Assembly (NCBI GenBank): GCA_028534125.1
Contig: CM052817.1
Location: 16,618,001 to 16,682,000 of the forward strand
Source of the DNA: Lama glama
Taxonomy: Eukaryota
Reading direction: 5' to 3'
Length of the DNA: 64,000 nt
The notes under the pieces: generated by a model
The model's input: the letters and a program-made list of their open reading frames with translations, nothing else
Told to the model about the DNA's origin: nothing
The model's database searches: none
In this document: positions 24,951-40,272 of the stretch, piece after piece
Numbering within the stretch: the stretch's first letter is position 1
How the letters are laid out: each line of letters starts with the position of its first letter
Translations under genes and position numbers: made by a program

Positions 24951-27900
24951 GTAGGATGGGGGCAATTTTAAAATAAAGTTTTTAGCTCGCTATGGCTTGT
25001 TTTAGGACAGGGGAGGTTTTAGCACACGTCCACCTAGTAGTCCAGGAACATCCCCGGGACACCAGGCCTCTGGATGGATTTGCAGGGGTAGTTTCTGATG
25101 ATAACAATGTCACAGGGGACCTGCAAGACGGAACTAACTCAGGAACTGGCCACCACTGTGCCTCTGTCTCTGCTCTCTGGACAACACAGAGAGCAGGAAT
25201 CTCTGCATGAGGGTCCTGGGCGGAGCTGGGACCCAAAGAGGAGAAGAGCCGTGGCCCCACACAGAGGGCCTGCTCCCCACCTCCATGCTAGGAGACCTTC
25301 TTTTGAGTCTCTGCTCTGATCCGTGACAGCTTCTGCTGCTTCCACGGTCTTGAAATTCCAAGCGACTCACCATTGGCCGGAGAAGAGAGAGAGCAGGTAC
25401 CAGTTTGAGGCACAGCACAGAGGCTGGTGAAAGGGCAGCATGGCCTCATGTCCTGACACCACCGCTGCCACCCCACCTGCCAAGTGACGGCTGGCTGGGA
25501 AGGGCTGGAGAGCCAGATGTGTTCTGTAAGATAGTCCTCTTTAACATCTGCCTCTTCCATTGCTGCTCTGCCACCATAAGACACAAGAACCACATCCCTT
25601 CTTTCACAGTAGCTAGACAACTGCAAACTCTGGCAACGAGTACTTCAAGCAAAATGCTTATTAACAGAACATCCTCTCAAAATATAAAGTCCTGGGTTCA
25701 CTCATCAATTCTTCAAGATGTCCCATTGACCACTGGGCCTTGGGGGCGGGCGGTGGGTGGGTGGTGGGGGTAGTAGAGGGGTAACTGCTAGGCAGGGGGG
25801 TGCCGGTAGGGGGAGCACACACTTACAGAACAGAACACCTGTATTGTTTCTAATGCTACACCCAGACAGAGCTATTTTACTATTTTAATTACTAAACCAT
25901 TGGGGATAACAGCAAGCAGATCAAATTTAAATTTTATTCTGAGCCCCCACTCCATCTGTTGTATAATTTGTTTCTTTCCATACCACAAATAAAACATTTA
26001 TTGAAAAGTATGAAAACTTAAGACCCTCAAAGTATTAAAAAAAAAAGGCACATTAGGGACTTTATGTACTGATAGGGAAAAATCTTCAAGATCTATTGTT
26101 ACTAGAGAAAAAAAGGAAGGTTGGAGATGGTGAAGAAAACTTTTTTTGACGAACACTAGCTGCAATTTGTAAAAAAGAAAAGAAAAGAAAAAAGAAAATC
26201 TGTATCTGTATAAATACATATGAGCACTTATGTGTGTCTATATAAATGTATTATGCATTTGCTTATATATGCATCCTTGGAGAGGATACATAAAAAGTGA
26301 TGAATGGTGGTTTCTTCCAGGAGGGGGAATTGGGTGGCTGAGAGACAGCTGTAGTTTGGAGATCTACTGTTTAGCTTTTTAAAATGGGAACCATCAGGTG
26401 GTTCAAAATTATTAAATAATAATTTAATAATGAAAAGGTACTTTAAAAAATAAGCCTAGCAAAATGAAAATGTCTATCTTTCTCAACAGAGGGTGGGAGC
26501 CCGTGGAACCTGGGGATGTGTGTTGCAGTGGGGGATGGGAGGAACACATCAGGAAATCAATCTGTCGTAAGGGGCAAGAGGGTCAGGCCAACCGCGTGGG
26601 GATGCTGAGCTTGGTAGGCAGTGGGACTCGGCCTAGCTCTTCAGTGGAGGCTTGTGTCGTGATTGGAACTGTAGCTGTCAAGTGGCTATGAGAGTGTCCA
26701 GGTAAGCATTGGAAGAGGTGGGGCTGGGGTCTGAGGATGGAGGACTGATGGGAGAATCTTCCCAAGGACGAGGTGATGGTCCGGTAGAAAGAAAGCAGAG
26801 GGGGCATTTAGAAGATGTACCTTGAAGGACCATGGCAAGCACTCAGGAAATATATATTGAATACATGAATGCATGAAAACCATAAAGCTAAATGGCCACC
26901 GCATATGATTATTAGGGCGGGAACAAAGAGTTTGAAGACGATTCAATCGTCCATTCATCAAACAATGAGCACCCGCTGTGGGCCCAGCCCTTTCCTACGT
27001 ATTGGGAGAAAAGAGAGACCAAAATAGACCAACATTCTGGCCTTGGGACAGCTTCAACCCGAGTGATGTCAAACCTAGTTATTTGGATGGTTGGCAAAGC
27101 ACATTAAATATTCCTCAAATGACGCTTTAAGTGGCTGAATAATATTCTGCCTCATGGATTTCCTGTAATCTTAATCATTCTTCAATTTTAAAATATTTGG
27201 GTTGTTTCCATTTTTTTCCCCACTCTTATAAATGAATTCACAGTGAACCACTTTATGTATAAATCTTAGGGCTTCATTCTGATTTTTTTTCTTTATGCTA
27301 CATTCCTAGAAGCAGACCCTCTGTGTGAAAGGGCACAAGCATTTTGAAGTGTCTTAAAACGTACTAAGGAATGCATGCTCCAGATTCTAGACTCATCACA
27401 TTTGAGGAACTGAAAAAGTATCAGGGGAAACTGTCAACCTAGCAGTGGGAAATGTGGGTCTTGCTCTTGATGGTGAGGTGGGGACAGGAGTGCTACGAAG
27501 AGTTGGCAGAGAATGGAAGCAAAGACAGAGGGAACGAGGTCCCCTGGGGGGGGTAAGAAGATGGAGGACTAAATGCAAGAGGAGGAGGAGGCGGCCTGGG
27601 GTGGGCAGGAGGGGGAAAGAGAGAAGGAGGGAGAAGGGAATAAGGCAGTGGAGAAAGTCGGAGGAATCCAAAAAGATGGGAATTGGGATGTAGAGAAATT
27701 ATAGAAAAGAGAGATTCAGAAAGTGGGGTGTAGGGGTCCTGGTGACCTTCAGCAGAAGACTGTTATGGAAAATTCAGAAGAGGTCTTGGGAGGTGTTAAA
27801 GCTGAGGTGCTCTTCTGTTCCTGCCCAAGGCGTCACCAGGCGCTTGCTAAAATCCAGAATCCTGACGTTTCCTCCAGGACACCCTCCAAATCCACATTTC

Positions 27901-28844
27901 TAAACAAGCACCCCCTCTAAAAACTCCAACATAGGTGCCCCTCCAGAACACACTTTGATGGAGTGTCTGTTAAAGAAGTAGAGGTGATTTCCTGTTCACA
28001 AAGATCTGAGGTGACTGGAATTCATGGGAACCCTTTTGGGTGGGTTCAGGAAGATCTGTGAGGCTTCCTGGTGAAGATGCAGAAGCAGGAGGCGGGACCG
28101 AACTGAAGAGGCTGCAAAAGGAGGTCACAGGAGAGCCAGGCCCAGAGAAGGGAAGACAGTGGGGATGGCGGGTCCGTGTGTTTCCCAGAGACCAGAGGGA
28201 GAGGATGGCAGATGTGGGTTTCAGGGGAGCAGTAAGTTGTGGGCTGACAATAGGCAGGCTTTGTTTTCTCAGTAAAAGAGGGGCTGAGGCCACCTGCTGA
28301 GAACTAACTAGGGTTTAGAAGACCTGAGAAGGTTTGCAGGAGCCCCAGTGAGTGCTTTGCAGGGAGCTGGTGAGGACAAGAAGGCTCCTGGGAACGCTGC
28401 GCCGGCAGGGGATTTCTGTCTGAATAAAATAGATCTCGTACCTATTCTGGGGAGATTCCCATTTCTCCTTCCTCCCCTGAGGAGTATTTCCGTTTTAGCA
28501 CCTGGCCATTTCAGTCCTTGGTTAAGATTTCTTTTAAGAGAATTTTTAAAACTTCTGTCAATAAATTACCCTTGTCATTCCTTTAAGATTGCCCAGACTC
28601 CCTCCACTGCTCTCTGTCTTCTTTTATATATATTTTCATCTCCGGCATGATCTTCCCTTCACTCCCGGCCTCTCTTTTTGCTATTTTGTTTTTACAATAC
28701 CCTCCATCATTTTCTGGCTGCCTATCTTCCTGTGCCCCCGCCTCGCTGGGGCCCCCGATTCCCCAACCCCTCTTCTTCTTGCTGGGAGCCCAGCCTTTTG
28801 GTGCCTGTATTTCATTTTGGTTCCCCTGGTAGGTCTTATAAGCA

Positions 28845-28995
28845 AGACCAGCTATGGAATTTGCAGGGCTCAGTGCAAAATGAAAACTCGGGGCCCCCTT
28901 GTTAAAAAAAAAAATTTCAAGATGGTGACCTTGGAGCATGAGACCAAGTGCAGGGACCTCCTGAATACTGGGTGGTGTGTGACTGTGGGTTGCCG
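28845..28995. mobile_element. hAT-Tip100-type MITE (MER91-like)
   Basis: aatttgcagggctcagtgcaaaatgaaaactcgggg...ccttgtt. Confidence 0.5.
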
Positions 28996-29615
28996 GCCCT
29001 ATTTGCAACATTTGTTGCTTTAATTTGTTGTTTAGTCGCCATTCTCTGAACACTTTAATTTTTGCTCCTGTTGTCTCTAACTGCTACTTTAACTTGTGTG
29101 ATTTTGCCCAACATAGTCCACATGTTTATAGTCACCGGATAAGAGATTCTGTTTTAATTATTGTTCCTTTTCACCATTTTGTTGTTGATCTGGAAAAGTG
29201 GCGTGAGATTCCCTTTGAGGCCCAGCTGCTATTCAGAGCCCCAGGGAACCATGCTGTAAGGTTAAAATGGCACCGAGGAGGTGCCTTCCCTCAAGGGGAC
29301 CTGGAGGAGAGCAGGTTCAGTTACCCAGGCAGGAACACTATCAGAATCAGCCAGGCAATATGCATTACGCAGGGCGTGGCTCAGGGTAGGCATTCAATAC
29401 ACGATAATCAGCATTACTTTCAGCTGGTTCCCCTGAGAGCCAGGATGCTGTCATTATTCCGAAGCATAGCTGCAGTTGAGTAAGTTTCCTTCCAGATTTG
29501 GGGGCTCATCCCTCCTTCCCTTAAGGTTTTAGTCCCACCTGGTTGCCACCCACTGCTGCTGGCCCTCCTCCCACACATCTCCCACCTGCCCCCAGCCCAG
29601 GGGCCCAGCCACCTA

Positions 29616-29786
<171 letters not shown>

Positions 29787-29996
29787 TCAGTCTTAAATCC
29801 TTCTGGAATGTCGGAATGCAAGCCGAGGTCAGATCTTCCTGAACAGTGAAGCTGCCATCTGTTCCCGGCTTCTATATGCGACTATATCGTAATTGAAGGG
29901 TCCATTTCAAGTGTCGAAGGTAATATAAAACAAAATTCAGTGTGAGGGGTGAGGTTTAAACAAAAAGGAGGAAGCCCTCATGGACTTTTAACAACA

Positions 29997-30161
29997 TGTG
30001 TTTTAAAAGAATAATCATCTTTTGCATTTGTCCAGTATTTTACACTTTCAGAACACTCATACTGGCTAGCTCATTTGAGACTTGGAAAAAAAAACCCTGA
30101 AAAATGTTATTTATTCCCATTTCATGGACATAAAAGCAATGTGCTGATGGAGTAAAAACAT
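29997..30161 (+). repeat. 165-bp direct repeat, copy 1 (probable source copy, runs into a MIR)
   Basis: Identical to 31702-31866 except one base at the end of the A-run. Confidence 0.95.
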
Positions 30162-31469
30162 TAGCTGAAGGTCACCCAGCCATGGAAATGACTGTGACTC
30201 CAGTCCTGAGCTCCTTGCTTTAAATATCAGCTTCCCATGTGGTATGCTTGGTGGGTGGCAAGATAATACAGGAGATTATTTAGAATATAAAATACAAAAT
30301 ATAAAATATTTTATATATGCACATTTTTAGAAATGAAGAGATAACCCCAAAAGACAACAACTATTTGTACCCTTACCAGACAGAAAAATATATATATAAA
30401 TCTCTCCTTATACCTCTGAAAATCATTTCTTCTATGCCTATACATAGACCCCCAAATTCATCCGTTTCTCTTCAAAACTGGGAAAAAGCTCTGCTTTTTC
30501 CTCTTTACCTTATGCCTCATCATGAATATCCACTAAAATGTAAAATGTAACAGCTGCTTAGAGCTACAGTAATTTATTTAATGACTGCTGGACATTTGTG
30601 TTGCTTCCATTTTTTGTTTTTTTTAATTATAACTAATGTAGGAAGAACTTTCTTGAAGCAAAGTGCTTGCATATGTCTGCACTTATTTCTTGCTGGCTCA
30701 AAGGGTTTTTAAGGTTTTTCATAACAGGGTGCCAAATGGTTTTCTAGAAAAGTTGTGCCGGTTGACCGTTCAGCCATGGTGTTGGAGTGTAGCTGGCGTT
30801 CCCCATGTCGGTAACAGGACTGGGCCTCAACATTCACGGACGTCTGGCTATCAAGGGCGCCCAGAGGTGTACTTGGATGGGCTACCTCACATCTCTATAG
30901 AGTACTGTAGTTTTCTTTTCAAAAAGAATTCTAAGGTGTCCTTTTTGTGTTGAGTGAGAAAAGAGAGGTTGCTTGGAAAAGTGTATTGGTTATTAGGTAG
31001 GCTGGAGATTCAGCACTTTTTTTTAATCCGCTGTAGCTCTGATGAGGGCTGTCACGTGATCCTTGCTGGTCCGCATCGCCAACAAGCCCAAAGTGGGCCA
31101 GCCCAGCATGGTCCACTTGAGGCTTATGTTTAGAACTGAATTCCCAAAAATTAAGTGTCAGAAGCAAGCTCTCTGCTATTTATTCCCCTGACTGTTCCTG
31201 GACGATCATTATTTTTCATCGGAATCGACAAGAAGGAGGAATAAAATTGCAATCAATAAAAGCTTCTTTGAAAAAGGCACGTGTGCCACGAGAAAATGAT
31301 TCCAGCAGCTATGAGACTTTTCCAGTCTGATCATAAAGGCCGGGAAAAGCGGAAACTTGACGAGGCTGGCACAAACGCTGGGAGATGCTAACCTCCCTGT
31401 GATTAGAGAAGGGAAAACATTCCGGAAAGGAGAGCGTAGTTAGGGGTCTAGTTATTTGAGAAACTCTAA

Positions 31470-31650
31470 TGCAGCAGCTCTCAGAGCAGGGTTCCCAAAC
31501 CAGCATCTGCATCCCCTGGGAACTTTTTAGAAATGCATATTCTCCGGGCTCAACTCAGACCTATTAAATCAGAAACTGAGGTGGGGCCCAGTAATCTGTT
31601 TTAATAAGCCCTCCAGGCAATCCTGATGCAGGCAGAAGTTGGGGGTGGTG
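31470..31650. mobile_element. MER5A-like hAT MITE
   Basis: tagaaatgcatattctccgggctcaactcagacctattaaatcagaaact...gtggggccca...ttttaataagccctccagg. Confidence 0.8.
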
Positions 31651-31701
31651 GTGACCATTCTAAGGATCACCTCTGTTCCTAATCCACAAAACCAGAGGTG
31701 T

Positions 31702-32003
<302 letters not shown>

Positions 32004-33388
32004 CTAAAGCAGCATGGGGAGAAAACAAAAAGCTCTGTCAGAAAAGCCAATATTAGAAAGAAGACCTAATTACAGCAGATGCCTCCTATCCGGCACACAA
32101 GAACTCTTTGCAAACTCCAAATGCTGGCGCAACTTTTCAAATTCAGAGTCCCCACCAAAGAATTATGATTTTTATGGACCTGGTAAAGAGGTTTTTTTGT
32201 TTTTGTTTTTGTTTTTTTTAAAGTTAGTACCCAGTAGAATTACAGCAATTACATCTGCCTATATATAGAAGACACTCAATGTATATTCATTAAATTAAAT
32301 CAAATCTGAAGCAAGAACTCAGTCTAATGTGTGAAGTCACTAGTTTTAGAAACTCCTTCTGAATAGACATGAGACGGAGAAGAGGTTTTCTTGCATGGAC
32401 CGATGCCAAAAGATCATTAGTGGTGTTTGGAAGGATTCTGTGGTTGGACTGGAAAAAGAGCTGTGAGTGATTAATGAAATCTGCTGTGGACACAAGATTA
32501 AGGAAGTATGTGTGTGTCATTCATGGAACTGACTGTTACATTAAAATTGATACGTGCGGTATAGCCAGCGCTTGGCACATAGAAGATCTGAATAAATGTT
32601 GGTAAGTGAATGCATACATACATTTTAAAAATTATGTATTAATTATACAACTTTAAAAGCGGTATTCTTCTTTGGCTGCCTGTATATATATAGACTGGTG
32701 TAAACTCAAGCGTGGCCCCCACAGAATGGAAAGGCAGAACAGCACGGAGACTCCTGAGAAAAAAGCAAACCTCAAAAGCGAGGAAAATGAGACGGCTCTC
32801 CCCAGCATCGAGACTGCTGCAAAACTTCACCCTCAGGAAGAGAAATCAATCTATTTTCAAAGCGAGAAACTCAGGAGGCTTTTCTAATTATAACACTTAA
32901 AGCTAACATCTGCAGAAATAGATATTATCTAACTAATGGCGCTGGAATTCGACTCAGTAACAGTGGGGCGAATTCCAACATTCTGTCCTTTCAGTGTGAC
33001 GTGGACATTATCATTTCGATTGTGATTTCCCAGTCTTTGCTTCTTCCTCTCTCAGAAATCATTTTCTTATGATGATGATTAGGAGACAAAGAGCATCTGA
33101 CGACAGAACATTTTATTAAAAAAGCCAGATAAGAAACCTAATTGAATACGGACTGAGGCTGTAAAGTGGCCATGTCCAGATTCTGGGGGGATCTCAGCGT
33201 ACCCTGCCCAGATAACAGCAATGAATAGAAGGAGCTTTTGCAGAAGCTGTTTTTGTTGTGTTTGCTGTTTTGGGTTTAATTCTTCCTGGTTCCTCAGTTA
33301 AAGCTCTTATTGGACTTTGTCAGGGAGGGCAGGCAAGCACTGGAATACCTTTGGCACATAAAAGAGAATTAAAATAGAATGACATTTA

Positions 33389-33526
<138 letters not shown>

Positions 33527-34092
33527 CTAGGAAGAGTTTGGGGGCCACATAAAAAAACCTACACTCAAGGAGGAGAGGAAACAAAGAAAACCACCCACTC
33601 AAAGAGCCATCTTTTACATACAGCGTCTTCTCACCACCAGAAGGAGGAAGAGAAAAGCGCATCTTTGTGACCTCTTCTTGAATGAATACGATCAAGGTCA
33701 AATACACCGAAATCACAGAAAGCTCACTTTAGAGCAGCCCTCTGCAGAGATCCCCTACGGGATAGCAACACAGTTTTCACATAATTCTCATTAAGACAAT
33801 TCCACTGGGGAGCAAGTCAGGAAGAGGCGACACCAGACACAGCATTAAGTTAGTCACATACACACACTGAAGTCTGCCTCAGGGAAAAGAAACAGCTAAG
33901 GGAATTTCTCAATTTATTTTCTTATTCTTTTCCATCTTCTTGATAGCAATCACAAGCAGCTTCCACTGACTCCCCACCCAACTGGGGAAGAGGGAGGGTG
34001 GGGGGGGAACAGAGCACGCATGGAGGCGTGTAGGCTTGTGGTTTTTCTTTTCTTACTTTTACCACTAATGTGGGGCATTAATACCATTGTTA

Positions 34093-34404
<312 letters not shown>

Positions 34405-35177
34405 TCACTCAAGACACTCTTCAGACGCCGGCTTTATGGCTAAGACAGAGCCTTCTGCTGGGCTGCCTGGCTTTCAGAGAACTTTTCCAGACCACCTGCA
34501 TGCTATAAAGCCATCAGCGCCACACACTGTAATAGTACAAAAGCAAAAAGCAAGGGGATGACTTCTGGCCAGACACTTATAATATCTAAGGTGGGAAGTG
34601 GGCAGGAGCTTGGAAACATAGACCCAATCGCTTACCTGCTGCAGCACGGCCTAAAGCCAGAGGCTCGGAGAGGGCAAATCCAGACACTGGGAACAACAGC
34701 CAGTGTCTTACAGATATTTTCCCAAACCACTCTAAACCCAGAAATCTTGTTCTGCTCTTCGAAACCAATCAGTAGGAGAAGAAAATCGACATCTATGCTC
34801 TCTGAGCTGTTCCCTGACTAGGGCTTGGTACCCGTTGAGATTGTGCCTGAACAGCATCTCTCAGCATTTCAGCGGAACCTTGCAAATCAAGGCCAGTTTG
34901 TCACGTTCTGTCCTCTCCCTGTCTGTCTTGGGCAGGGAGGGTGTTTCTTGTGTTCAGAACAATGGTACCCAAAGTAAGAGTACAGACCTGCTGGAAGCCA
35001 GAAACGGAAGAGGCCACTTGGGAACCAAGCAAAGCACAGAGGGAGTAAGTGTATTCAAACTGTATCTCCCTTCCTCCCCTGATTGCATCCCAGGCACCCC
35101 ACACTTTCAGAGAAACGGGGCACAGTCCACTCTCCTCTGTGTTGTGCCCAGCTGTGCAAACAGCTCCCCCACTCTTA

Positions 35178-35420
<243 letters not shown>

Positions 35421-36131
35421 CTAAGAAATACTGGGGAAAGATACAAGACAAAGAAGTTTCTTGCCAATATCACACATTAAAATAAAAAAAAATCCATATT
35501 GTATTCTGTACATGCACGCACAGACACACGTGTGCATGCATACACTGCATAAAGCTAAGGGGAACACAGGCCTGGGAATCCGAAGGTGGGTGTCCTGTGT
35601 AGCTCCACCATAGTGAGGGAAAAACTCTGGGTCTCTTTTAAACTTGGCAAAAATTAAGGTTCTGCTAAAATGGGCATGCTCCCACAGTCTTAATAATTAG
35701 GCTATGTTATCAAGAGCCTTAAAAATGTCCCTACCCAATGATCCAGTAACTCTGCTTCTGACCATCTGGGCTAAGAAAAATCCCAGACGTGGACGAGCTT
35801 TAGGAAAAAAGAAAAAAAAAGTCGATTGTGCTGTTATTTATAGAAAGAGTAAAAAGAAACTAGAAACACTGTCTAACAAAAGTAGAATGGCTAGCAAAGG
35901 ATAATGTAGTCAGTCAATGGGCTACTTTACAGCTGTTTAGAATGAGGGTGATGTGAACTATGCAAGACCACAGACTAACTTTTATATACAGTATGATTGA
36001 AATTTATTCTAAGAACCCATATATGAAAAAAAATTACCAAATACACTAAACTTTTAAAATGTGTATGTTTAGGTGATTTGAGACTGTGTATGCTATCTGT
36101 TCTTTGCTTCTCTTATTTTTTAAAGTACAGT

Positions 36132-36235
36132 GGGGAAAGTGTAGCTCAAGTAGTAGAGTGCATGCTTAGCATGCACTGGGTCCTGGGTTCAATCCCCAGG
36201 ACCTCCATTTGAATAAATAAATTAATTAAATAAAT
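36132..36235 (+). mobile_element. tRNA-derived camelid SINE (Vic-1-like)
   Basis: ggggaaagtgtagctcaagtagtagagtgcatgcttagcatgcactgggtcctgggttcaatccccaggacctcc followed by an AT-rich tail. Confidence 0.88.
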
Positions 36236-37029
36236 ATGCATGACTTTCATAACATACTTTTGAAATCGTTTTTAAATCTCTAGGAATTAAATTCTAGTCC
36301 TCAAATTGTAATTTTCCAAAGGATCCCTGAAGAACCCATGGCTTTCCAGACTCTGGGGCCAGTCTCCACATGTAGCTCCAAACCTTCCAGTAGGGCCATG
36401 ATGGAAACTGTTAGAGACCCCAGGAAGAGCCAGTGGTCCCAGAGCACCCCCTACATGCCCATCAGTACCAAGCAGGTTGCCATTTGAGTGACTTTTTAAA
36501 GTCAGGGCACTGCTTCCTGATGCTTCTTCTAAAGAGATCGTAAGCCTGATTCCTCTACCTCCCCGTAGGGTGTGTGAGGATGGACTTCATATACAGATGA
36601 AACCCTGGGCACAGTTTTTTGCTGCCACATAGATCTGACCCATCCAGGAGTACCTACTGGGGCAGGCTCTTCCTTGTTCCTGCGTGAATCTTAAGAGATT
36701 TGTTGCCAATAGAGAAAATGGCTTTATTTTCAAGTGTCTAAAGAACGTAGGGGCAGATGAGAAAGTTAAAAGCCAAGGCAGACTATTAATTAGATTGAAA
36801 TAAGAAAATACAGCAATGAACTTGGAAAGACATGATGACTATTGAAAAGTAAAAAGCATTTTCAAATGACAGCTACTTGGGGTCCGTGTTTGAAAACTAC
36901 TCAACTGCACTGGACAAATATTCACTGTGCACCTACTATGAGCGAGAGCATCGTTAGAATCAGCAGACAACAATTGAGGCAGGTGGAACAGACACACGGC
37001 ACTTAGGTATGCAGATGGCCGTGCTTCAT

Positions 37030-37703
37030 GGAATCCTCATTCCAACACCCAAGGATTCTGTCATTGTAAATCTGCCTACTGCAAATTTATCTGCAGCCTC
37101 AAAATCAGCATTCACAGTGCTTTTGTGTCATGGGTGAACATGCGCAGATAAATGCAGCGTTGTGAACAGTGGGAAACGTCCCACAGGAACGTTCCCAGCT
37201 GAGCTAGAACAAGGCAATGTTTTGCTTTCCTGTTTCAGTTCGTACTGGAAACAAGTGTCCTTCTCTTGGTCTCTTTCATGCTGCATTTCTTGTTGGGTTT
37301 TTTTCCCCCCACATTTTTGTGCTTTTTGTTGGTATTTTGCTGTTTAAGATGGCCTCCCACCCCGGGCAGGGCCGGAGTGCTATCCATGTTCCTAAGCACA
37401 AGAAGGCCGTGATGTGCCATACACATGTGTTGGATAGGCTTCATTCAGGCACAAATTACAGTGCTATTGGCCATGAGTTCGGTGTTACAGAATCAACCAA
37501 TATAAATTAAATACAGTGACTTTACACAGAAACACATAGAAAACAAAGTTATACATTTATTAGGTGACAAAAATATTATGACCAGAGGCACAGAGGAACC
37601 TAATTGCACACTTCCCCTAGGAGCGATGGTTCAGCATCCCCTAACCTGGTGTCCGCAGCAGATTTAGAGAAGATAACTGCAGTCAACAACAAGAATCTGC
37701 TGT
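37030..37703. mobile_element. TcMar-Tigger derivative (MER82-like)
   Basis: gttcctaagcacaagaaggccgtgatgtgcc...agtgctattggccatgagttc...gaccagaggcacagaggaacctaa...cccctaggagc. Confidence 0.75.
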
Positions 37704-38503
37704 ATTGGGCGGAACTGGTTCATTCACCTGAAAGCCACTATGTGAAAACATCTTTCACGTTACAGTTTCTTGACTGAGGGTTTTCAGAACCCCAAGTGGA
37801 TACAAAGAAATACAAACAGCTAACTAACTAAGAAACATTTCTCAGATCAAAGGGTCTAGGAACAAGAAAGCCTGTGCCTCCTTTGGCATGAGGTGACAGG
37901 AGGCCTGCGACCTGGCTTTGAAAATAGGATGCTTTTCTTCATACGTGAAAAGTCAGATTGACAGCCTGAACTTTAAGTAATAAAATACCACTGTGGTTTT
38001 CCATTCACAGTACGCTTCACCGAACACTTAATTTAGAATCACACAATTATGTTTGCTTAATGCCAATTAATTATTAAACATGTTTATTGAGGTCTGACAG
38101 CCATATAAGAGAGTCATCTTTTATATACTGGATGCCTGTTAAGCTTCAATAAACATGTTAACAATCATTTGCTGTTTAATGTGCATACGATATCGGCTAT
38201 TAAATCTCAGGGCTGGACTGGTTGAAACATTTATTTTTAAAAGTGAGGCCCAAGTTGGTAATAGCCGGATCACTGGTTGGGTCTGACACTCAAGTTCCAT
38301 CAGCTGAAGGGGCCCAAGGAGGCCATCACAACAGCTGGCAGCTCACTGGCTCTGGAGTCCGCCTGCCTGGGGATTAGTGTCCTGGGACCAAGTCTGAGAG
38401 CTGTGCACCCTCAGACATTTGCCTGAACTTCTCTGAGCCTTAGTATCTTTCAGTGTAAGAATACGATAGTAAACAGATTTTTACTGTCCAGGGTTGCTGT
38501 AAC

Positions 38504-39024
38504 TTTGGGGCCCAGAGTAGGCCACCCCAAAATGTACCTTGGTGGCATATTAATTATTTGGAATTAAAGTTACTTAAGAAATGACCAACACCAGAGGGAC
38601 ACTCTGATCCGCCTTTCAGACAAACTGCAAGCAGGAAAGAAATATCTCCTGTGAAAGGCACCTCAAGGAAGGACCCTCTTATTGCCAGAGAGAGGGAATT
38701 TAGTCCAAGAAGCCAATATAAACAAACCTTGTTACTTCCTTAATTCACTACCCAAAGCTCAAACTCTGTTTAGATTCTCCATTAACTCAGCACCCAAAAT
38801 CTAAGTTTCTTTGTCCTGTCAATTCCTCCCAAATTTATATTCCTATGTCTAAAAAGTATTACAGCTGCCTGATCTGTTCTCTTCTTAGGTCCCATGTCCA
38901 TGAGACCACCATGAATTAAAATGCGTTTCTTTTTCTCATGTTAATTTGTCTTGTGTCAGTTTTATTATTAGTCCAGTTGCAAGAACTCTAGATGGGTAGA
39001 GGGGGAAATTTCCCCTCCCCAACG
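38504..39024 (+). mobile_element. ERV1-type solo LTR (MER34/MER39-like) inserted in a MIR
   Basis: ggccaccccaaaatgtacc...ttattttgga-like start, ATTAAA near 38915, ending ttcccctccccaac; MIR-like sequence at 38330-38500. Confidence 0.65.
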
Positions 39025-40272
39025 TTACGCATAAAGTAACAGAGAGCGAAGTTGCATTAAACGAGCAATTAACTTACAGAAATTCATATGTATGTGTTTG
39101 GCAAAAAGATAAGGGGGAGAATCAAGGGAAGGAAGAGAGGGATGGAGAAGAGGGGATGAGAGAGAAGTGAAAATTTTTTAGATGGACGACTCCACCCATT
39201 TCTGCTTTCAATGTCTCAGACTGAGAGCGCGGTGGGAGAGGGACTGATAAGTTTAGGCAAAATCATAATGTTCTTATTTATACATAAGACTCTTGTTCAG
39301 AGCATGCATGACTACATGCTCTCAACTTTATGGACAGTTTAAGGGACCATCAAGGTGAATTTTGGATAGACATGAGTTTTTGCCTCTTACATGCTGACCT
39401 CATAACCTGGTCCTAAGTCAGAGAATGTGGGATTTCTCTCCCACACTTCGCACAGCCCCTGAAACATAGAAAGTGCCTGGTAAATGTTAGCTGCTATCAT
39501 GATCGTGGCTGTGAAGATCATCAATGTCACCCTCCATGTGCGCTCCCCTACACAGATGCCCACTGGGGAAGTCCGATCTTCCTTCTCAGCTGAAGGAAGC
39601 GGAGCTCCCAAGCCAATCTTATCTGCAGACTGCAGGTGATGACGTTGATTTCCGACCTTGGAAGTGGCTCTGAAGCAACTGCTCCGAGCACTTAATTTCC
39701 TCCAATGGGGCCGTCAAAACTCCACAGCCAGCCTCCCTGTGCCAACCCTCGAGGTGGATCAGTGCCCCAAGAGGCACGTGCACTGCCACCAATAGATGCA
39801 TTCATTTGCTGATTTAGATGGAAATAAACGTTTATGAATGAATTATGGGTGTGAGCCGTCTGCTTATGGATGAGGTGCAGCTGCAGCTGGGAAGTGGCTG
39901 AGGGATGTGGTCGCAAAACGATGTGGCAAACAGCTCTTGGGCACCCTTCCCCCACCCTGCTGATGAAATTCCCCCTACCACGGCCCTGCTCAAACGCTGG
40001 TCCCTCCAACCCCCCGGCTCCCCAGTGGGAATGACTCGCTCCTTCCTTGATCTCTGCTCAAGCTTCCAGACCTCACAGCCCTCAACAGTCTCCCCCTCTT
40101 CTTATTTTCATTTGCTTGAATCCGTTTTCCCCAAATGGCAGTGGGAGGGAGGCAGCTGGGGGCAGGAACAGCTGTTATTCTCCAGGTGTTACCAGGGTTC
40201 AGATCCTGCATCTGCTGATCACAGTCACTTCACTGAACTCCAGGTGATACCAGCTTTTTCGGAAGTGGGGAT

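Noticed and set aside
36132..36205. tRNA-Ala-like sequence (also at about 6255-6333 and 13763-13840)
   Set aside because: Three diverged copies with A-rich tails, one with a clear TSD; these are SINEs, not tRNA genes
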